A DNA stretch of 7,134 nucleotides, taken from contig JAWOFX010000066.1 in the NCBI GenBank assembly GCA_046497275.1, positions 1 to 7,134 of the forward strand, in the 5' to 3' direction. The notes under the pieces were generated by a model that searched no databases, was not told the DNA's origin, and saw nothing but the letters and a program-made list of their open reading frames with translations. A program made the position numbers and the translations under genes. Shown here piece after piece: positions 1 through 5,406 of the stretch. Source of the DNA: Promethearchaeia archaeon (GTDB lineage Archaea; Asgardarchaeota; Lokiarchaeia; Sigyniarchaeales; SOKP01). Position 1 is the stretch's first letter. Each line of letters begins with the position of its first letter.

Positions 1-137
1 CACATTTCAGGAAAGATAAAGAAGTTCAAGATGTAAAAATGGATATTATTACCGATGTGATTAAGGATTTTGTATTACCATTTGACATAAATGAAGAAGA
101 ATGTGATTGCGGGTTACAATTTAACGCACAATTTTAA
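1..137 (+). CDS. 3' end of a CDS truncated by the window edge, hypothetical protein (…HFRKDKEVQDVKMDIITDVIKDFVLPFDINEEECDCGLQFNAQF*)
   Basis: Frame starting at nt 3 is open to TAA at 135-137, while the other two plus frames stop early. Composition is protein-like and is followed by T-tracts (144-176). Not in the ORF track because it has no start codon. Family not recognised. Confidence 0.55.
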   Translation, partial: HFRKDKEVQDVKMDIITDVIKDFVLPFDINEEECDCGLQFNAQF

Positions 138-179
138 TTAAAATTTTTTTAAATATTCCAATTTTTCAAATTTTTTCTT

Positions 180-237
180 AATTTCAGATTTCTTTACAGC
201 ATAGTTCTGTTTTTAAAATATAGGTAAATCTGAAATT
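180..237. repeat. 12-bp perfect inverted repeat (AATTTCAGATTT 180-191 / AAATCTGAAATT 226-237, 34-nt spacer) between convergent genes; possible terminator or RNA stem
   Basis: Direct reverse-complement match of the two arms. T-tracts flank it on both strands. Confidence 0.5.
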
Positions 238-284
238 TGAATCGCAAATCATAATAATTAAAAAGAAGATTATAAAATTAAAGA

Positions 285-935
285 TTAAAACGTTTCGAGC
301 ACCCAATCTTCAAATTTCATTTTCCGTAATTCTTCCGCAAACAATAACTTAAGATTTTCTTCGTCAGGCAATAAATTTTCCTTTTTTAATAATTCGTATA
401 GCTTTTCAATCGCTCTATCAATTAGAATTTGATATAATGTTTTCCCGTCTTTATTGAGTTCAGAAAATTCATTATTAACTCGTTCTTTAGTAGTTTTAAT
501 AATTTCAACCCAATAATTGGCGAAGATCTCAACATATTTTTCTAAATCGTTAATTTTATCAACATCAAGGACGGGAAAGGTTACGATGTATTTCCCATCT
601 TCTTTCTTTAATAAATTATACCATTCCAGATTAAGCAAATGATTTTCGACCACTTCCTCACTCCATTGATAACCAACGGATGGAGAATATTCTTGCTTAT
701 TGATTACAATCGGATTAGGTGAGAATCGTATGAGCTCAACAACTTGCTCGAATGTTTTTGGTCCTTCCCCGGCTAATATTATCAAGATTTGTCGTCTAAC
801 TTTATTTTCTAAAGGCCAAGGTACTACCGACTCATCCCATGGTTTTCCTCTGTCAAAATCGAACCAAGGTTCTATTAAGGAAATGTGTTCTTCTCCAACA
901 AATCGATATTTATTATATTTTGATTCTTCTTTCAA
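285..935 (-). CDS. Winged helix-turn-helix (ArsR/HTH_20-like) domain protein with helical C-terminal domain
   Basis: 216 aa. PLENKVRRQILIILAGEGPKTFEQVVE…SEEVVENHLLNLEWYNLLKKEDGKY fits the ArsR-like wHTH pattern. TTG start with a strong SD (GGAGGTG) 8 nt upstream, and 2 nt after the upstream stop. The CDS is secure; the function is tentative. Confidence 0.75.
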   Translation of the reverse strand: MKEESKYNKYRFVGEEHISLIEPWFDFDRGKPWDESVVPWPLENKVRRQILIILAGEGPKTFEQVVELIRFSPNPIVINKQEYSPSVGYQWSEEVVENHLLNLEWYNLLKKEDGKYIVTFPVLDVDKINDLEKYVEIFANYWVEIIKTTKERVNNEFSELNKDGKTLYQILIDRAIEKLYELLKKENLLPDEENLKLLFAEELRKMKFEDWVLETF

Positions 936-937
936 AT

Positions 938-1456
938 TTATAACACCTCCAATATAGCATCAATATCAAGCCATCCCTTTTTAGCATGAATTATCTTTCC
1001 ATTGGTATCAATAACAAATTGTCCCGGACCTTGTTGTTCCCATCCCTCATACTCACCATGTTCAATGTTTTGCTCTTTACATTCCTTTAATTTATTTTTT
1101 AACTGTGATATCGATTCAGGGGTCATCATCCCAAGTCCATATTCTTTATAAAGTTCATCTTTAGAACTCGGGATGACGGGGAAATCAATTCCTTTTTTAG
1201 ATATATATACTTCAGCTACATCTTCTCCGGATTGTGTAATGTATAGTATTTTTGCTCCCTTATCTAATATTTCATTCTTGCGTTCTAAGAGAGTGTTCAA
1301 ATCTAAATGACAAATAGGACATCCAAAATATCTCGAAAATATTAAAACTACTTTCTGATTCTCAAACTCCTCCTCCAGAGCAATTTTACCAGCATTGTAT
1401 GATTCAAGAGTAAATAATGGTGCATTCTCTCCAATTTTAATTTCCATTTCACTCAT
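938..1456 (-). CDS. Thioredoxin-fold AhpC/TSA redoxin, peroxiredoxin-like 2 (PRXL2/SelU/AAED1-type) with CxxC
   Basis: 172 aa. Motifs IGENAPLFTL, FSRYFGCPIC (CxxC), FPVIPS and QQGPGQFVID…IIHA. A GTGAT SD-like element lies at 1462-1466. Confidence 0.85.
   Translation of the reverse strand: MSEMEIKIGENAPLFTLESYNAGKIALEEEFENQKVVLIFSRYFGCPICHLDLNTLLERKNEILDKGAKILYITQSGEDVAEVYISKKGIDFPVIPSSKDELYKEYGLGMMTPESISQLKNKLKECKEQNIEHGEYEGWEQQGPGQFVIDTNGKIIHAKKGWLDIDAILEVL
944..950 (-). promoter_or_regulatory. Shine-Dalgarno GGAGGTG for the wHTH gene, embedded in the last codons (LEVL) of the redoxin gene
   Basis: Perfect complement of the 16S anti-SD (CACCUCC) seen in this window at 6951-6960. Spacing to TTG is 8 nt. 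Confidence 0.75.
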
Positions 1457-1497
1457 TTTTAATCACGTTTATTATATTATTAAATTATTTTTTGGAT

Positions 1498-2460
1498 TTA
1501 TTTTTCTCCGAGCATTGCTTCTATTAATATTTGGGTGGCTTCCTCTTCAGTTAATCCCTTTGATTGTAATTCATCCAACCATTTTTGAGGAAATCTTCCT
1601 AAAGAAGCTTCATGAGATACAGTTGAAGTAGGATCAATCGCTCGTATGAATGGACGTGCTCTACATATTGATCCTTTCCCAAGTACAATCTCATTACATT
1701 CAACGTGACCATTGCATCGGGGCGCATTCCCTTCGGTTATACCATACATTAATACTTCCCCTCCATCTTTTGCCGCAGCTTTCATCTTAATGACACTTCT
1801 GGCGTTTCGCCCTTCTAAGAATACAGAATCTCGAATTCTTATTGAATCTCCTCTGTTTTTCCCAAAAGCCTTAACATTTGAGCGTATTACACTATTTTCC
1901 ATTGCATAGATATCAAGCAATATTTTTACTCTTCCCGGGGTTCCTTGAGTCAGATTGAAAGTATTTTCGTAAATACTGTCTTTTCCAATATACATATAAC
2001 TTACAGGAGCAACTAACGCTCCACTTTTTTCTCCATGATAATGAGTCTCATTATATGTAAATTTACAATTATTTCCTACGTAGATATGTCCAAACATTTT
2101 ATGAACCAATCCATCAGCATTTGGGAAACTACAATGTGCTTGAATAGTCACTTCTGAGTTATCCTCCGCAATAATCCGAGGAAATATTCTTTGTATTCCG
2201 GTTTGTTGTTTTACTCCAAAACAGAGATGGACTGGATCTTTAATAACAACTCCCTCCTTTATTATTACATCAGCAATGATCCCATCTGCGATTTCTTTGC
2301 CTTTTATGATTACTCCTTCAATTTCTTCTATGCCTTTTATGGAATTAAAATCAAGTAGCATTTTTGCTCCTTTTCCATGGCCCGGAATAAAGTCATTTAT
2401 ATCAATATTATATCCTTCAAGACTTTGGAGAATCTCTTCTGGGTATTCTGTTTTACTCAT
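1498..2460 (-). CDS. sufB: SufBD-family Fe-S cluster assembly scaffold (SUF-like minimal system SmsB)
   Basis: 320 aa beta-helix-type sequence with PVHLCFG, AHCSFP, ETHYHG, GHVEC and SHEASLG motifs. Its short length and position directly after the SufC-type ATPase (ATGA overlap) are typical of SMS. Confidence 0.92.
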   Translation of the reverse strand: MSKTEYPEEILQSLEGYNIDINDFIPGHGKGAKMLLDFNSIKGIEEIEGVIIKGKEIADGIIADVIIKEGVVIKDPVHLCFGVKQQTGIQRIFPRIIAEDNSEVTIQAHCSFPNADGLVHKMFGHIYVGNNCKFTYNETHYHGEKSGALVAPVSYMYIGKDSIYENTFNLTQGTPGRVKILLDIYAMENSVIRSNVKAFGKNRGDSIRIRDSVFLEGRNARSVIKMKAAAKDGGEVLMYGITEGNAPRCNGHVECNEIVLGKGSICRARPFIRAIDPTSTVSHEASLGRFPQKWLDELQSKGLTEEEATQILIEAMLGEK

Positions 2461-3254
2461 TTTGATTGTTCCTCCTGAAAAATTTTGTCAATATAATCCT
2501 CGCCGAAACACGCATTCTCTTCTACAAAAAGGGTTCTTTTACAATATTCCTTCAATCCTGCGCGGGCACAATATCGTAACATTACTTCTGGAAATGTGTC
2601 GGTTATAATATCATCTCCTGCCCAAAGTAATGTGGCATAATCCGCGATCATTCCAATATCTTCTCGATGCGTAATTAGAAGTATAGTCATATCGAGATTT
2701 CTTATTTTATTAAAAATATTCAAGAAGTCTTCAATTACTATTAAATCCAGCCCTGCTGTGGGTTCGTCGAGGATGATCAATCTCGGCCTCATGGCAATAG
2801 TGGCAGCTAATTCTATTCGCTTTCGTTCTCCTCCACTTAATGACTCGTCAACAAAACGATCAAGATATTTTTCCGGTTTCATATTAACTGTCTTAAGCGC
2901 TTCTATTGCTTGTTCTTTAATGTTGGTCTTATCCTTCATGCCTAAAGATAAATATTTTAAAACAGATAAACCATCTATTCTTGCGGGTTCTTGCCATGCT
3001 AAAGTAATTCCAAGCTTAGCTCTCTCTGTTACGTCAAGATCAGTTATATCTCGTCCATCAAAAAAAATTTTGCCCTTGCTTATCTTATAGGTAGATAATC
3101 CCATAATTGAATAAGCTAATGTGGATTTACCCGAACCATTTGGTCCAATCACTGCGTGAATTGACTTTTCTTTCACTCCAAATGAAACATCATTTACAAT
3201 CACACATTTTTGGTCAAATGTTGGAATTGTTACATTCTTGAGTTCTAGTAGCAT
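2457..3254 (-). CDS. sufC: SufC-type ABC ATPase (SmsC) with Cys-containing C-terminal extension
   Basis: 265 aa. Walker A GPNGSGKST, Q-loop AWQEP, signature LSGGE, Walker B ILDEP and H-switch ITH. Translationally coupled to sufBD, with no permease gene adjacent. Confidence 0.92.
   Translation of the reverse strand: MLLELKNVTIPTFDQKCVIVNDVSFGVKEKSIHAVIGPNGSGKSTLAYSIMGLSTYKISKGKIFFDGRDITDLDVTERAKLGITLAWQEPARIDGLSVLKYLSLGMKDKTNIKEQAIEALKTVNMKPEKYLDRFVDESLSGGERKRIELAATIAMRPRLIILDEPTAGLDLIVIEDFLNIFNKIRNLDMTILLITHREDIGMIADYATLLWAGDDIITDTFPEVMLRYCARAGLKEYCKRTLFVEENACFGEDYIDKIFQEEQSK
2471..2476 (-). promoter_or_regulatory. Shine-Dalgarno AGGAGG for smsB, embedded in the smsC C-terminal codons (QEE)
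   Basis: The minus strand reads CAGGAGGAACAATCAAAATG, complementary to the anti-SD. Confidence 0.65.
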
Positions 3255-3530
3255 CTTTCTACTATTGTTTTTATTTTATTATTAAAGTATGGCTTGTATA
3301 ATATTTAATATTTATTTTAATAAAAACTAAAAAAATAGGATAATCTCACTTTAGATTTAGAGTGTTATTCCAATTATTTATGTAATATATAAGGATGGAT
3401 AAGAAATATTTTGAAAAATCATACCTTACGCCAGAGAATCTAAAATCTATAAATCCAATTTTTATAATCTTAATTTTTTATATTAAAATAGTAGAATTCA
3501 TTAAAATTTAAAATCTAATGGTAAAAAGAA
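3255..3530. promoter_or_regulatory. Divergent promoter region (sms operon / PAC2 array) with an imperfect inverted repeat at 3338-3371
   Basis: 276-bp AT-rich spacer between divergent starts. TATA-like TTTAATAATA on the minus strand about 23-32 nt before the smsC ATG. Palindrome CACTTTAGATTTAGAGTG at 3347-3364 (14/18 self-complementary). Confidence 0.5.
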
Positions 3531-4319
3531 ATGAAATCGAAAAAATATGTGAATAGCGGCGAGAAAAGTTTTATTGTGATTGAAGAGGAGGATGTGGAGA
3601 TCAAAGAAAATCCAACATTGATGTTTGGATTTGCTGGAGTAGGATTATTAGGACCCATAATTGCTAATGAAATGATAGAACAAATTCAAGATATCAAAGA
3701 AATTGGATATGTTGCATCAGATATGCTACCACCTATCGCCACCTTCCATCATGGAGAGCTTATGCATCCGTTTAGAATTTATTACACACAAAAATACAAT
3801 ATAATTTTGGGAATTTCTGAAGTTCCTTTTCAAATATCTTCAGCGTATAATGACCTTGCGAAAACTTTATGTAACTGGTCCCAATCTGAAGAAATTAAGG
3901 CAAAGGAAATTATTACATTCCAAGGTATTCCGAAAAAAGGGATGATTGACGAATTTCCAGTATATTATGCTGCTCAAGAAAATTCTTCAAGAAGGCTAGA
4001 TCAACTTAATATTGAGAAGGTTGATAAAGGAATCATAACGGGAGCTGAAGCGACTTTAGTAAATATAGCACTTACAAGTAAGTTAGAACCCATAGTGCTT
4101 TTCACACCAGTGTATCAAATTGCTACTCCTGAAGGGGCAGCGAGTATAATTGAGAAACTGAATCAAATCTATGGCATGAACATTGAAACTAAGGAATTAA
4201 TTGAAAAAGGTAAGGAAATCAAGGAAAAAATGCAAGATTTAGCAAATAAAGCAAGGCAATATAGACAAAAACAGTTAGCTGGTTCTCAGCAAGAAGGCCC
4301 TTATGAATTATACAGATAA
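3531..4319 (+). CDS. PAC2-family proteasome assembly chaperone/activator (PbaA/B-like), paralog 1; HbYX tail LYR
   Basis: 262 aa. GFAGVGLLGPII (PAC2 GxPGxGxVG-like), HPFRIY, SEVPF, TPEGAA, a C-terminal helix and an HbYX end. Confidence 0.88.
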   Translation: MKSKKYVNSGEKSFIVIEEEDVEIKENPTLMFGFAGVGLLGPIIANEMIEQIQDIKEIGYVASDMLPPIATFHHGELMHPFRIYYTQKYNIILGISEVPFQISSAYNDLAKTLCNWSQSEEIKAKEIITFQGIPKKGMIDEFPVYYAAQENSSRRLDQLNIEKVDKGIITGAEATLVNIALTSKLEPIVLFTPVYQIATPEGAASIIEKLNQIYGMNIETKELIEKGKEIKEKMQDLANKARQYRQKQLAGSQQEGPYELYR

Positions 4320-4342
4320 AATAATTTTTCTATAATTTTTTT
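4317..4342 (+). terminator. Oligo-T terminator candidate after PAC2 paralog 1
   Basis: TAAAATAATTTTTCTATAATTTTTTT immediately follows the stop. TTTTTCTATAA recurs after paralog 3. Confidence 0.45.
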
Positions 4343-4417
4343 AAAGCTGATGATTAGATTATGAAAAATACATTTAAATTTCATAGATCTAATTTTTAAA
4401 TTGGATTAAGTTTTTTC

Positions 4418-4439
4418 AAACATAGATGCAGTATAAAAT
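4418..4439 (+). promoter_or_regulatory. Putative promoter of PAC2 paralog 2: AAACATAGA motif plus TATA-like TATAAAAT
   Basis: AAACATAGA starts at -42 from the ATG and TATAAAAT at -28. The same arrangement occurs upstream of paralog 3. Confidence 0.45.
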
Positions 4440-4459
4440 ATAAAATCAAGGTAATTTTT

Positions 4460-5257
4460 ATGAAAAATATCAAAAAAGAATACGTATGCCCCCCTGGTAA
4501 GAATAGTAAAGTAGTTATCGAGGATGTCAGAGATAAAATAAAGGAAGGCGCTACTTTAGTTCTTGGTTTTGCAGGAGTTGGCTTAATAGGACCAATAATA
4601 GGAAACACTTTAATCGAGCAAATAGATGATTTAAAAGAGATTGGATTCGTAGCTTCTGATATGCTTCCCCCTATTTCAACATTTTATGACGGGAAATTGA
4701 AACATCCGTTTAGATTATATTACTCTCCAAAATATAATCTTATTTTAGGAATTTCTGAGGTTCCTTTTCAAATATCCTCAGCATATAATGATTTAGCTAA
4801 AACTATCTGTAATTGGGCGCTTTCAGAAGATGTGAAAGCAAAAGAAATTGTAGTCTTCCAAGGAATTCCTCAAAAAGGGATGATAGAAGACTTTCCTGTA
4901 TACTATGCTTCAGAGGACGCTCAAATCAAACAATTTGAAGATGATGGAGTAGAAAAAGTTGAAAAAGGTATTATTGTAGGTCCTGAAGCAACTATCATAA
5001 ATGAAGCATTAACAAACAAACTCAACCCATTAGCATTATTTACACCTGTTTACCAGATTCCAACACCTGAAGGTGCTGCCTCAATTATTGAAGTTTTGAA
5101 TAAACGATATAATCTAGATATTGATACTTCCCCATTATTGGAGGAAGGAAAAGAAATAAAAGAAAAAATGTTAGAACTTGCAGAAAAAGCACAACAATAT
5201 CAAAAAAAGCAACTATCAGAATCTAAAGAAGGCGGATATACTCAATATTATCAATAA
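4460..5257 (+). CDS. PAC2-family proteasome assembly chaperone/activator, paralog 2; HbYX tail YYQ
   Basis: 265 aa. GFAGVGLIGPII, HPFRLY and PTPEGAA motifs. About 66% identical to paralog 1 and about 71% to paralog 3 (hand count over 247 columns). Tandem TAA TAA stop. Confidence 0.9.
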   Translation: MKNIKKEYVCPPGKNSKVVIEDVRDKIKEGATLVLGFAGVGLIGPIIGNTLIEQIDDLKEIGFVASDMLPPISTFYDGKLKHPFRLYYSPKYNLILGISEVPFQISSAYNDLAKTICNWALSEDVKAKEIVVFQGIPQKGMIEDFPVYYASEDAQIKQFEDDGVEKVEKGIIVGPEATIINEALTNKLNPLALFTPVYQIPTPEGAASIIEVLNKRYNLDIDTSPLLEEGKEIKEKMLELAEKAQQYQKKQLSESKEGGYTQYYQ

Positions 5258-5270
5258 TAAATATATTAAT

Positions 5271-5290
5271 TAAAATAATTCTTTTTTATT
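5271..5290 (+). terminator. Oligo-T terminator candidate after PAC2 paralog 2
   Basis: TAAAATAATTCTTTTTTATT shares TAAAATAATT plus a T-tract with the paralog 1 downstream region. Confidence 0.4.
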
Positions 5291-5364
5291 GTTTAAACTT
5301 CATCCAAATTAATAAATCAAGATTGAGACTAATAAGTGAATTTTTAAAGCTTAATTTAAATATT

Positions 5365-5390
5365 AAACATAGAGAAAAGTTATTATAAAT
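5365..5390 (+). promoter_or_regulatory. Putative promoter of PAC2 paralog 3: AAACATAGA, BRE-like GAAAAG and TATA TTATTATAAAT
   Basis: AAACATAGA starts at -42 from the ATG. A purine-rich BRE-like element directly precedes the TATA at -27. Confidence 0.5.
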
Positions 5391-5406
5391 AAAGATGTGA
5401 ATATTA

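Noticed and set aside
700-957. 85-aa plus-strand ORF
   Set aside because: Antisense shadow of the wHTH and redoxin genes, with no recognisable motif.
1395-1631. 78-aa hydrophobic plus-strand ORF that looks like a membrane protein
   Set aside because: Overlaps the redoxin and smsB antisense. The hydrophobicity reflects reverse-read A-rich codons.
2457-2459. smsC TGA as possible selenocysteine read-through (Lokiarchaeia use Sec)
   Set aside because: The TGA is part of a standard ATGA coupling overlap. Read-through adds only about 20 non-motif residues, and no convincing SECIS is seen.
1712-3090. Plus-strand ORFs 1712-1909, 2276-2608 and 2758-3090
   Set aside because: All are antisense to the well-conserved smsB/smsC and have typical shadow-ORF composition.
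3518-3556. 12-codon out-of-frame uORF (MVKRNEIEKICE) overlapping the PAC2-1 start, superficially like the paralog 3 start (ATGGT)
   Set aside because: PAC2-1 aligns in frame from ATG 3531 without needing a frameshift. Short ORFs are expected by chance, and GGT more likely serves as a partial SD.
3805-4805. Recent gene conversion between PAC2-1 and PAC2-2 (21 identical residues ILGISEVPFQISSAYNDLAKT)
   Set aside because: The DNA shows 8 synonymous differences in 63 nt, consistent with purifying selection rather than recent conversion.
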